From: Methylibium sp.
Lineage (GTDB): Bacteria > Pseudomonadota > Gammaproteobacteria > Burkholderiales > Burkholderiaceae_C
DNA: 64,000 nt
Reading direction: 5' to 3'
NCBI GenBank assembly: GCA_031382215.1
Contig: JANMYQ010000188.1
Location: forward strand, 8,249 to 72,248
The notes beneath the pieces are model-generated. The model did not search any database. It worked only from the letters and a program-made list of their open reading frames with translations, and was not told where the DNA came from. Each line of letters opens with the position of its first letter. Within the stretch, counting starts at the first letter, position 1. Position numbers and translations under genes: made by a program. Of the stretch, positions 55,851 through 64,000 are shown piece after piece.

Positions 55851-56473
55851 GTCGCGGCTGCGGGCTTGGCCTTGGGCACCCGGCCCATCAGATAGAACTC
55901 GTTGTTGGGCTGCATCGAGGTCAGGTTGGCCATGCGGTTGGACAACCCGAACAGCGCGGTGATCGCGCCGATGTCCCACGCGTCTTCATCGGTGAATCCA
56001 TGCGCGCGCAGTGCGGCGAAATCGGAGTCGACGATCGACGCTGAATCGGCGCAGACCTTCATCGCAAAGTCGAGCATCGCCGTCTGCCGCGGCGTGATCT
56101 GCGCCTTGTGGTAGTTCACCGCCACCTGGTCGGCCAGCAGCGGGTTCTTCTCGTAGATGCGCAGAATCGCGCCGTGCGCCACCACGCAATACAGGCAGTG
56201 GTTCACCCCGCTGGTGGCCACGACGATCATTTCTTTCTCGCCCTTGCTCAGGCCGTTCGGGCCCGAGGGGGGGCGCAGCATCAGCGCGTCGTGGTACGCG
56301 AAGAAAGCGCGGAACTCGTCGGGCCGGTGCGAGAACGCCAGGAACACGTTCGGCACGAAGCCCGACTTCTCCTGGACTTCCAGAATGCGTGTGCGCAGGT
56401 CGTCGGGCAGGCCTTCGATCGGGGGCACGGGATAGCGGCTGACGTGGAAGACCGAAGGTGGCGACATCGTCAT
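55847..56473 (-). CDS. AhpD/carboxymuconolactone-decarboxylase-family peroxidase-related protein (CxxC)
   Basis: VVATSGVNHCLYCVVAHG CxxC-H motif. The 208 aa have the overall shape of the peroxidase-related (TIGR01926-type) subgroup, from memory. Confidence 0.8.
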   Translation of the reverse strand: MTMSPPSVFHVSRYPVPPIEGLPDDLRTRILEVQEKSGFVPNVFLAFSHRPDEFRAFFAYHDALMLRPPSGPNGLSKGEKEMIVVATSGVNHCLYCVVAHGAILRIYEKNPLLADQVAVNYHKAQITPRQTAMLDFAMKVCADSASIVDSDFAALRAHGFTDEDAWDIGAITALFGLSNRMANLTSMQPNNEFYLMGRVPKAKPAAAT

Positions 56474-56476
56474 GAC

Positions 56477-58252
56477 TCAACTCCTGAATTGCAGCGCGTG
56501 AAGGCGAGCATAAAGGCCGCCGCGGGTCAGCAACTCGGCATGCGTGCCTTGCTCGACGATGCGGCCCGCTTCGAGTGCCACGATGCGGTCGGCCCGCTCG
56601 ATGGTGCTGAGCCGGTGCGCGATGACCAGGCTGGTGCGGCCGCGCATCAGCTTCTCGAGCGCGTCCTGCACGAGTCGCTCCGACTCGGAGTCGAGCGCCG
56701 AGGTGGCTTCGTCGAGGATCAGGATCGGCGCGTCTTTGTAGATCGCACGCGCGATGGCCAGGCGCTGGCGCTGGCCGCCGGAGAGCTGGTTGCCGTTGTG
56801 GCCGATCAAGGTGTCGGCGCCTTGCGGCAAGCTTTCGACGAACGTGAGCAGGTTGGCCGCGCGCAGCGCGTCGCGCACACGGGTTGGGTCGGCCGGGCCG
56901 GCGCCGAGTGCAACGTTGGCAGAGACGCTGTCGTTGAACAGCACCACGTCCTGGCTGACGAGGGCGAACTGGCGCCGCAAGGCGCGCACATCCCAGTCCG
57001 TCACCGGCGTGCCGTCCAGCAGCAGGGCGCCCGACGTGGGCTCCAGAAAACGCGGCAGCAGGTTGACCAGGGTCGACTTGCCGGCACCCGACGGCCCGAC
57101 CAACGCCACCGATTCACCTGCCCCCAGGTGCAGGTTCACGTCGGCGAGTGCCGGCGCCCCTTCACCGCCACCAACACCAGCGCCACCACCCGCGCCGTCG
57201 CTGCCGTAGCGCAGGTTCACGCCGCGCAATTCCACCTCGCCGCGGGCGCGGCCCGGGTCGAAGCTGCCGCCTTGTTCGACCGGCGTGTTTTCGATCAAGC
57301 CGATGCCGCGCTCCAGCGCCGCCAGCCCGCGCGTGATCGGGCCAGCAACTTCAGACAGGTGCTTGATCGGCGCCACCAGCATCAGCATCGCGGTGACGAA
57401 GGCGACGAAGCCGCCCACCGAACCACCCTGGTTGCCGCTTTGCCACAGCGCCGCGACGATCACTGCCGACAAGGCACAGGCCGAGAGCACCTGCGTCAGC
57501 GGCGTCATCGTGGCGGCGGCCACGACCGACTTGATGGTCAGCCGGCGCAACGATTCGGCGAACACGCCGAAGCGGCTGGCCTGCACCGGCGCGGCGCCGT
57601 GCAGCCGCACGATGCGCCAGGCAAGCACGTTCTCTTCGACCACGTAGGCCAGTTCGTCGGTGGCCTGCTGGCTTTGCACCGTGAGCGCATGCAGCCGCTT
57701 GCTCAGTACCCGCATCACCAGCGCAACGGCCGGGAACAGCACGCTGACGAACAGGGTCAGCTGCCAGTTCAGGTACAGCAGGTAGGCCAACAGTGCCAGC
57801 AAGGTGAGCGAGTCTTTCAGCAGCGTCAGCAGTGAGTTGACCAGCAGCGACGCGCCGGCCTGCACCTCGTAGGTCAGCGTGTTGGTCAGGCTGCTGGCCG
57901 ACTGTTGCGTGAACAGCGCGGGTTGCGCGCTCAGCACGCGCTCGAACATGGCACGCCGCATCAGCAGCATGCCGCGCGACGCGGCCCACGACAGGCCGTA
58001 CTGCGCGATGAAGCCGGCCAAGCCGCGCACTGCGAAGATGCCGATGATCGCCACCGGAACGAGCCACAGCGGCAAGGTGCCGGCCTTGAAACCGCTGTCC
58101 AGCAGCGGTTGCATCAGGGCCGGGATCAGCGGCTCGGTGGCCGCACCGATCACCGCACCGACGATCACCAGCGCAAAGCCCAGGTGGCTTTCGGCGAAGA
58201 ACGGGGCGATGCGCCGCAGGCGCAGCTTCAGCGGGGGCAGCGGCTCGGTCAC
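56477..58252 (-). CDS. msbA: Lipid A export ABC transporter permease/ATPase MsbA
   Basis: Six-TM N-terminal half. Walker A GPSGAGKST, signature LSGGQRQRLAIARA and Walker B ILILDEATSALD. GTG start. Confidence 0.9.
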   Translation of the reverse strand: MTEPLPPLKLRLRRIAPFFAESHLGFALVIVGAVIGAATEPLIPALMQPLLDSGFKAGTLPLWLVPVAIIGIFAVRGLAGFIAQYGLSWAASRGMLLMRRAMFERVLSAQPALFTQQSASSLTNTLTYEVQAGASLLVNSLLTLLKDSLTLLALLAYLLYLNWQLTLFVSVLFPAVALVMRVLSKRLHALTVQSQQATDELAYVVEENVLAWRIVRLHGAAPVQASRFGVFAESLRRLTIKSVVAAATMTPLTQVLSACALSAVIVAALWQSGNQGGSVGGFVAFVTAMLMLVAPIKHLSEVAGPITRGLAALERGIGLIENTPVEQGGSFDPGRARGEVELRGVNLRYGSDGAGGGAGVGGGEGAPALADVNLHLGAGESVALVGPSGAGKSTLVNLLPRFLEPTSGALLLDGTPVTDWDVRALRRQFALVSQDVVLFNDSVSANVALGAGPADPTRVRDALRAANLLTFVESLPQGADTLIGHNGNQLSGGQRQRLAIARAIYKDAPILILDEATSALDSESERLVQDALEKLMRGRTSLVIAHRLSTIERADRIVALEAGRIVEQGTHAELLTRGGLYARLHALQFRS

Positions 58253-58293
58253 TGGGGCACCCTGCGCGCTGCGCGCGGTCCCGCCAAGCGGGA

Positions 58294-58326
58294 ATGAGCC
58301 CCTTCGGGCGGCCGGGCGGGGCTCAT
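58294..58326 (-). other. 9-bp-stem hairpin in the 108-nt spacer between the GT2 gene and msbA
   Basis: atgagcccc-(15 nt)-ggggctcat. There is no U tract, so its function is unknown. Confidence 0.3.
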
Positions 58327-58360
58327 GCCGCCTGGGTCACCGACGTTGCGCGAATTTGCA

Positions 58361-59137
58361 TCATGCAGGGAACTCCGGGCGCCGGGCCGGGTTCTGAAGG
58401 AACCCCAATTTCAGGTACTTGTAGTACGTGTACTCGGCGTTGTAGATGGCCAGCATCAGTCCGTGCTGCCCGTCCAGAAAACCCAGCCGCAGCACATACG
58501 TGCGAAAGAACGCAAACAGACCATGCCCGATTCCCTTCCACAAACCGCCTGTTCGGCCCTTGGCTTGCAGGTCGTGCGCGTGCCCGGTGGAATAGCGGTC
58601 GAGCTTTTCCAGCACGTCGTGAAGGTTGGGGTAGCTGAAGTGGATCAGGTCGTGCTCGAGCGTTCCCACCGAACCGGTGACCGTCATATGGGCGTGCAGA
58701 AAGTGATCGGTGAAGCCCGATTGAGCGCGCCGCCCGAGCCGCAAGGTGTGGTCGGGGCGCCAGCCGGAATGGTGGATGAACTTGCCGCAGAACTCCGACA
58801 GGCGCGGAATGCGGTAACCGGCGTGCGCACCCGAACGGATCGCGGCCAATACTTCGTGTTGCAACTCCGGCGTGATGCGCTCATCGGCGTCCAGCGACAG
58901 CACCCAGGTGCTTTGCGCCAGCGCAAACCCGCGTGCGACCTGCGGGCCGTAGCCCGGCCAGTCGGTCCGCACGACACGCGCACCGGCGCTCGTGGCCAGG
59001 GCCACCGTGGCATCGCCGCTGTTCGAATCGAGCACCACCACTTCATCGGCAAATGAAGCGCTGGCCACACATTCGGCGATGTTCCGTTCTTCGTTTTTCG
59101 CGACGATCACCACGGTCAGCGAATGCGGGTCTTGCAT
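58361..59137 (-). CDS. Glycosyltransferase family 2 (LPS-core-type, WaaE/KdtX-like)
   Basis: LTVVIVAKNEERNIAECVASASFADEVVVLDSNSGDAT...LSLDADE. Start is at ATG 59137, with alternatives at 59164 and 59170. Confidence 0.8.
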   Translation of the reverse strand: MQDPHSLTVVIVAKNEERNIAECVASASFADEVVVLDSNSGDATVALATSAGARVVRTDWPGYGPQVARGFALAQSTWVLSLDADERITPELQHEVLAAIRSGAHAGYRIPRLSEFCGKFIHHSGWRPDHTLRLGRRAQSGFTDHFLHAHMTVTGSVGTLEHDLIHFSYPNLHDVLEKLDRYSTGHAHDLQAKGRTGGLWKGIGHGLFAFFRTYVLRLGFLDGQHGLMLAIYNAEYTYYKYLKLGFLQNPARRPEFPA

Positions 59138-59195
59138 GGTTGCTGCGGTCTGGCCCTTTATCATGCTCATTGTCCCCGATTCAAACGGCGCTCCA

Positions 59196-60488
59196 TTGAA
59201 AACCTTGCAGTCCTTCCTCTTGTCGTTCGCGCTGCTGCCTGCGCTGCTGTTTGCGCTGCTGTCTGCGCAACCCGCGTCGGCACAGTTCCGTGTCGAGATC
59301 TCCGGCGTCGGCGCCACGCAGGTGCCGATCGCGATCGTGAAGTTCCGCGACGAAGACAAGTCCACGCAAATGGTCTCGGCCATCATCCGCGCCGACCTGG
59401 AGCGCAGCGGTTTCTTCCGCGGTGTCGACAACCAGGCGGCGTTCGACGAGCTGGCCCAGCCCGTGATGAGCGAGTGGCGCACCCGCGCGGCCGACGCGCT
59501 GGTGGCCGGTTCGGTCTCGCGCCTGGCCGATGGCCGCTTCGATGTGCGCTTCAAGCTCTGGGACGTGGTCAAGGGCAGTGAGCTCGGCGGCCAGAGCAAC
59601 GCCGTCGAACCGGCCGACCTGCGCCTGGCCGCACACCGCATTGCCGACTTCATCTACGAAAAACTCACCGGCGACAAGGGCGTGTTCTCGACCCGCGTGG
59701 CCTATGTGACCAAGGGCGGCGGGCGCTTTACCTTGCGTGTGGCCGATGCCGATGGCGAAGGCGGGCAGGTGGCACTCAACAGCGCCGAGCCGATCATCTC
59801 GCCGGCCTGGTCGCCCAACGGGCGCGAGCTGGCCTATGTGTCGTTCGAAAGCCAGAAGGCCGTGGTCTATTCGCAGGACGTGATGACGGGCGCACGCCGG
59901 CCGCTTGCCAACTTTCGCGGCTCGAACAGTGCGCCGGCCTGGTCGCCCGACGGGCAGACCCTGGCGGTCACCTTGTCGCGCGACGGCGGCTCGCAGATCT
60001 TCCTGATGAGCCGCGACGGCAGCAACCTGCGCCGCCTGACCAACAGCACTGCCATCGACACCGAGCCGGCGTTCTCGCCCGACGGGCGCAGCATCTATTT
60101 CGTCAGCGACCGTGGCGGCAGCCCGCAGATCTACCGCACGCCCGTCAGCGGCGGCGGGGTGGAGCGGCTCACGTTTGCAAGCGGCTACAACATCAGCCCG
60201 GCCATCAGCCCGGACGGGCGCACCATGGCCTATATTGCGCGGGTCGGCAATGGCTACCGCCTGCACACCCAGGACCTGACGGGCAACGGGCAGCCCCAGG
60301 CCATCACCGACACGGGTGATGACGAGAGCCCGAGTTTTTCGCCCAATGGCAAGCTGATCATCTACGCCACACGGGCCCAGGGGCGCGATGTGTTGATGAC
60401 GACCACGCTGGATGGCAAGATCAAGGCCCGCCTGGTATCGACCACCGCCGACGTGCGCGAGCCGGTCTGGAGCCCCTATGGGCGCTAG
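59196..60488 (+). CDS. tolB: Tol-Pal system beta-propeller protein TolB
   Basis: FRVEISGVGATQVPIAIVKF...KGVFSTRVAYV...SPAWSPNGRELAYVSFE...NSAPAWSPDG is colinear with E. coli TolB. A TTG start at 59196 gives signal peptide MKTLQSFLLSFALLPALLFALLSAQPASA. An alternative ATG is at 59163. Confidence 0.9.
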   Translation: MKTLQSFLLSFALLPALLFALLSAQPASAQFRVEISGVGATQVPIAIVKFRDEDKSTQMVSAIIRADLERSGFFRGVDNQAAFDELAQPVMSEWRTRAADALVAGSVSRLADGRFDVRFKLWDVVKGSELGGQSNAVEPADLRLAAHRIADFIYEKLTGDKGVFSTRVAYVTKGGGRFTLRVADADGEGGQVALNSAEPIISPAWSPNGRELAYVSFESQKAVVYSQDVMTGARRPLANFRGSNSAPAWSPDGQTLAVTLSRDGGSQIFLMSRDGSNLRRLTNSTAIDTEPAFSPDGRSIYFVSDRGGSPQIYRTPVSGGGVERLTFASGYNISPAISPDGRTMAYIARVGNGYRLHTQDLTGNGQPQAITDTGDDESPSFSPNGKLIIYATRAQGRDVLMTTTLDGKIKARLVSTTADVREPVWSPYGR

Positions 60489-60578
60489 CGCCGGTTGACG
60501 GGCCGCAATATCGGGCGCGGCCATTTCGAGTTCACTGTTCACTTCAAGATTCACTTCAAGAGCGAGGGGGTTTCCACC

Positions 60579-61136
60579 ATGACTTCGATTCATCAACACG
60601 CTTTCATCGCGCTGGCCGCAGCGGCCCTGATGGCCGGTTGCAGCACCACCAAGCTCGACGCCGACGTGCCGCCGAGCAGCACCAGCACCGCCAACCTGGC
60701 CAAACCCGGCGGCAGCGGCCCCGGCACCGGCGGCAGCACGGCCGGCACGGCGCAGTCGCAGGTGGCGCCTGTGGACCTGACCAAGACCGACACCGTGGCC
60801 TTCACCAGCCTGCCCAAGGTGGTGTACTTCGACTTCGACAGCTTTGTCGTGAAAGACGAGTTCCGCAGCGTTGTCGAAACCAACGCCAAGGCGCTGGTGG
60901 CCGACAAGGCCAAGCGCCTGTCCATCGAGGGCCACACCGACGAGCGCGGTGGCCGCGAGTACAACCTGGCGCTGGGCCAGAAGCGCGCCGAGGCGGTGGC
61001 CAAGTCGCTCGCGCTGCTGGGCGTGGGCGGCGGCCAGGTCGAGGCGGTGAGCTTCGGCAAGGAGCGCCCGGCCGCGCAGGGCAGTGACGAAGCCGCCTGG
61101 GCCAAGAACCGGCGCGCCGAACTCGTCAGCCGTTGA
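60579..61136 (+). CDS. pal: Peptidoglycan-associated lipoprotein Pal
   Basis: Lipobox LMAGC. OmpA-like domain (VYFDFDSFVVKDEF...IEGHTDERGGREYNLALGQKRAEAV). Confidence 0.9.
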   Translation: MTSIHQHAFIALAAAALMAGCSTTKLDADVPPSSTSTANLAKPGGSGPGTGGSTAGTAQSQVAPVDLTKTDTVAFTSLPKVVYFDFDSFVVKDEFRSVVETNAKALVADKAKRLSIEGHTDERGGREYNLALGQKRAEAVAKSLALLGVGGGQVEAVSFGKERPAAQGSDEAAWAKNRRAELVSR

Positions 61137-61978
61137 TGGGGGCGGCGATGCTGTCCAGGTTTCGCGGGCTTCGCGGGCTTCGCGCGCGCGGGTCGACGGT
61201 GGTGCTGGCAGCGCTGCTGTCGCTGGCGGCGCCGCTGGCGCATGCCGGCCTGTTCGACGACGAAGAGGCGCGCAAGGCGATCCTGGACCTGCGCCTGAAG
61301 CTGGAGCAGAGCAACGAGCAGGCGCGCGCGCGCCAGGCCGAGCAGTTGAAGTTGATGAACGATCAGCTTCAACAAGTGAGCGAGCAGCTGTCGCAGATGA
61401 AGCGCAGCATGCTCGACCTGAACAACCAGATCGAGTTGTTGCGGGTCGACAACGCCAAGCTGCGTGGCCAGGACGAGCAGTTGGCGCGCGACGTGGCCGA
61501 GGTGCAGCGCAAGCAAAAGGACATTCAGCAAGGCGTGGAAGACCGGGTGCGCAAGCTCGAGCCGCAGAAGGTCTCGGCCGACGGCAAGGAGTTCCTGGCC
61601 GACGCCGAAGAGAAGCGCCTGTACGACGAAGCCATGGGCATCATGCGCAAGGGTGAATTCGCCCCGGCGTCGGTCGCGCTGGCCGGCTTTCAGCGCCGCT
61701 ACCCGGCCAGCGGCTACAACGAGTCGGTGCTGTTCTGGCTCGGCAACGCGCAGTATGGCAACCGCAACTACAAGGACGCGATCGCGTCGTTCCGCGCGCT
61801 TCTGGCCGCTGCGCCCGACCATGCGCGCGCACCCGAGTCGCTGCTGTCGATCGCCAATTGCCAGATCGAACTGAAAGACGCCAAAGCCGCGCGCCGCACG
61901 ATCGACGAGCTGGTGAAGACCTACCCGAAGTCCGAGGCCGCGCAGGCCGGCAAGGAGCGGCTCGCTTCGCTGAGGTAG
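61136..61978 (+). CDS. cpoB: Tol-Pal system protein CpoB/YbgF
   Basis: Signal peptide, N-terminal coiled coil, and C-terminal TPR-like region (YDEAMGIMRKGEF..A...F..F...YP.SGYNESVLFWLGNAQY). The ATG overlaps the pal stop (TGATG). Confidence 0.85.
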   Translation: MGAAMLSRFRGLRGLRARGSTVVLAALLSLAAPLAHAGLFDDEEARKAILDLRLKLEQSNEQARARQAEQLKLMNDQLQQVSEQLSQMKRSMLDLNNQIELLRVDNAKLRGQDEQLARDVAEVQRKQKDIQQGVEDRVRKLEPQKVSADGKEFLADAEEKRLYDEAMGIMRKGEFAPASVALAGFQRRYPASGYNESVLFWLGNAQYGNRNYKDAIASFRALLAAAPDHARAPESLLSIANCQIELKDAKAARRTIDELVKTYPKSEAAQAGKERLASLR

Positions 61979-62051
61979 GCGCCCGCACGCCGCAGCCGGG
62001 TGGGCAGCTCAGGCGATCAGCGTCGCCCTGGGGCTGCATAGAATCCCGGCC

Positions 62052-63170
62052 ATGCAAGACCTCGACCTCAACGCCCTGGCCAGCCAAGTGCTGTGGGCCG
62101 CCTTCGCGCTTTCGGTGCTGTTCGGCGCGATCGCGCAGCGCACCCACTTCTGCACCATGGGCGCGGTGGCCGACATCGTCAACATCGGCGACTGGACGCG
62201 CATGCGAATGTGGGTCATGGCCATCGGCGTGGCGATGCTCGGCTTCAACGGCATGGTGGCGCTCGGCTGGGTCGATGCGTCCAAGACCGTCTACGGCGGG
62301 CAGCGGATCATGTGGTTGTCGGCGCTGGTCGGCGGCGCGATGTTCGGCTTCGGCATGGTGCTGGCCTCGGGCTGCGGCAGCAAGACGCTGGTGCGCATCG
62401 GCGGCGGCAACCTGAAGTCGCTGGTGGTCTTCCTGATGCTCGGCGTGGCGGCGTTCGCCACGCTCAAGGGCATCACCGCGGTGGCGCGCGTGGCCACGGT
62501 GGACACGGTGTTCATCACCACGCCGATGGGGCAAGACCTGCCCTCGCTCCTCGCGGCGGCGAGCGGCGCCTCCAAGGCCACGCTGGCCGCCGTGCTGGGG
62601 CTGGTGCTGGGCGGCGGCTTGCTGGCCTGGGCACTGGCCGCGCCGTCGGGCCGCACGGGCGAGACGCTGCTGGCCGGCCTGGGCATCGGCGCCGTGGTGG
62701 CGCTCGTGTGGTGGGTGTCGGGGCGCCTGGGTTACGTGGCCGAAGACCCCAACACCTTGCAAGAGGCTTTTGTCGCGACGACCAGCCCTCAGCGCATGGA
62801 GGCGCTGAGCTTCGTTGCCCCGGTGGCCTACACGCTCGACTGGCTGATGTTCTTCAGCGACAAGAGCAAGGTGCTGACCTTGGCCATCGTCTCGACCGTG
62901 GGCGTGGTGGTCGGCTCGGCCGCGGTCGCGCTGCTGTCGCGCAGCTTCCGCTGGGAGGGTTTTCGCAACGCCGCCGACACCGCCGACCACCTGATCGGCG
63001 CGGCGCTGATGGGTGTGGGCGGCGTCACCGCGCTGGGCTGCACTGTCGGCCAGGGCTTGTCGGGCGTGTCGACCTTGAGCCTGACAAGCTTCGTCGCGCT
63101 GGCCGCCATCATCGTCGGCGCAGTGGCCGCGCTGCGCTTGCAGATCTGGCGCATCGAACGCGCTGCATGA
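62052..63170 (+). CDS. yeeE: YeeE/YedE family sulfur-compound (thiosulfate-type) transporter
   Basis: Polytopic protein with three Cys motifs: RTHFCTMGAV, ASGCGSKTLV and ALGCTVGQG. Confidence 0.85.
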   Translation: MQDLDLNALASQVLWAAFALSVLFGAIAQRTHFCTMGAVADIVNIGDWTRMRMWVMAIGVAMLGFNGMVALGWVDASKTVYGGQRIMWLSALVGGAMFGFGMVLASGCGSKTLVRIGGGNLKSLVVFLMLGVAAFATLKGITAVARVATVDTVFITTPMGQDLPSLLAAASGASKATLAAVLGLVLGGGLLAWALAAPSGRTGETLLAGLGIGAVVALVWWVSGRLGYVAEDPNTLQEAFVATTSPQRMEALSFVAPVAYTLDWLMFFSDKSKVLTLAIVSTVGVVVGSAAVALLSRSFRWEGFRNAADTADHLIGAALMGVGGVTALGCTVGQGLSGVSTLSLTSFVALAAIIVGAVAALRLQIWRIERAA

Positions 63171-63979
63171 TCGCCGAGCCCTCGGCGGTGGCCGACTTGG
63201 AGCGCCGCTTCGGCGGGCTGCGGCGCTTGTATGGCGACACGGGCTACGCGCGCATCCGCGCCGCGCGCGTGGCGGTGGTGGGCTTGGGCGGCGTGGGATC
63301 GTGGGCCTGCGAGGCACTGGCGCGCAGCGGCGTGGCCGCGCTCACCTTGATCGACCTGGACCACGTGGCCGAGTCCAACATCAACCGCCAGGTGCAGGCC
63401 ACCGGAGCCACCCTGGGCCAGGCCAAGGCGCTTGCCTTGCGCGACCGCGTCGCCGGCATCCACCCGGGCTGCGCGGTGTTTGCCGTGGAAGAGTTCGTCG
63501 ACGAGGCCAACTGGCCCGCGCTGTTGCAGCAACCTGTTGACGTGCTGATCGATGCCTGCGACCAGGTGCGCGCCAAGCTCGCGCTGGCAGCCTGGGCGCT
63601 GCAGACCGGCACGCCACTGGTAGCAGTCGGCGCCGCCGGCGGAAAGCGCCGCCCGCAAGACGTGCAGGTCGACGACCTGGCCCGCGTGACGCACGACCCG
63701 CTGCTGGCGGCGTTGCGCCAGCGCTTGCGCAAGCGCCTCGGTGGCACGGCGCGAGACAGTGTGCTCGGCGTGCACTGCGTGTTCTCGCGCGAGGCCGTGG
63801 CCGCGCCGGCAGAGGTCTGCCACACGAGCGACGACCCGGCCAACGACGGCAGCCTGAACTGCCACGGTTACGGCTCCAGCGTCAGCGTGACGGCCACCTT
63901 CGGCATGGTCGCCGCCAACGAGGCGCTAGAATTTGTGGTCGGCGGTGCAGGCAAGTCAGCGCGGCAAAGCCCGATATAA
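63167..63979 (+). CDS. tcdA: tRNA threonylcarbamoyladenosine dehydratase (ThiF/E1-like)
   Basis: RFGGLRRLYG...VAVVGLGGVGSWACEALARSGVAALTLIDLDHVAESNINRQ. ATGA overlap with the yeeE stop. Confidence 0.9.
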   Translation: MIAEPSAVADLERRFGGLRRLYGDTGYARIRAARVAVVGLGGVGSWACEALARSGVAALTLIDLDHVAESNINRQVQATGATLGQAKALALRDRVAGIHPGCAVFAVEEFVDEANWPALLQQPVDVLIDACDQVRAKLALAAWALQTGTPLVAVGAAGGKRRPQDVQVDDLARVTHDPLLAALRQRLRKRLGGTARDSVLGVHCVFSREAVAAPAEVCHTSDDPANDGSLNCHGYGSSVSVTATFGMVAANEALEFVVGGAGKSARQSPI

Positions 63980-64000
63980 TGGAAGGCTTGCCGGGTTGTT

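Noticed and set aside
61979-62051. TAGAAT -10-like hexamer 9 nt upstream of the yeeE ATG, suggesting a leaderless or very short-leader mRNA.
   Set aside because: There is no acceptable -35 at 17 nt spacing, and a single hexamer match is expected by chance. It is not reported as a feature.
1-64000. Scan for tRNA, rRNA, tmRNA, transposases, integrases, phage structural genes and known defence-system signatures (Cas, restriction-modification, Abi, CBASS, retron-type genes).
   Set aside because: None could be supported by eye. All intergenic gaps are 275 nt or shorter, and none shows cloverleaf-like or rRNA-like sequence. A tRNAscan-SE, Infernal and DefenseFinder run would be the decisive check.

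Overview
This is a high-GC, densely coding bacterial chromosomal segment; spot counts on a few 60-nt lines gave 35-41 G+C per 60 nt. The gene content and order look like core genome of a Burkholderiales/Comamonadaceae-type betaproteobacterium: fhs, dbpA, dusC, glnS, yebC-purD-hemF, rsfS-rlmH-maf-rng, msbA, tolB-pal-cpoB and yeeE-tcdA. The taxon is an inference. I call about 70 CDS and found no rRNA, tRNA, CRISPR array, transposase, integrase or phage genes. All family names come from reading the translations by eye against remembered motifs; no searches were run. I see no clear-cut defence island or mobile element, so the candidates below are moderate-interest leads rather than a proven new system. 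(1) A two-gene module occurs twice (7220-7707 and 14718-16051). It pairs a mini signal-peptide protein carrying a shared MK..I...WLLGL...A..C N-terminus with an N-anchored coiled-coil protein, and both copies use the same TGATG stop/start junction. One copy sits in an operon with a secreted MORN-variant repeat protein; the other ends in a helix-hairpin-helix domain and lies just upstream of dbpA. A third, orphan coiled-coil protein lies at 7983-8513. (2) An orphan FliK-C-like plus FlhB-C-like pair sits in an apparent operon with glnS and a CAP-domain lipoprotein, with no other flagellar or T3SS genes in the window. (3) An ECF sigma factor, a Cys-poor ChrR-type cupin and a 994-aa plant-type subtilase (S8) form one locus. 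The sigma promoter region carries a triple 15-16-nt tandem repeat, and both promoter regions have candidate TGCA(G/T)-N18/19-CGT(A/T) elements. (4) A compact ten-gene envelope-glycan operon runs from 59137 to 49477. It holds GT2, msbA, an AhpD-like CxxC protein, a fucosyltransferase-superfamily protein, GT2, a methyltransferase, RgpF, GT2, an FdtD-like bifunctional enzyme and a DegT aminotransferase, but no wzx/wzy/wzm/wzt. (5) RsfS carries a tail of about 135 aa rich in Lys/Ala/Pro. (6) yeeE is translationally coupled to tcdA. (7) Two REP-like intergenic repeats and several structured spacers are also present. Many long antisense and alternate-frame ORFs in the track are high-GC artefacts and were rejected.
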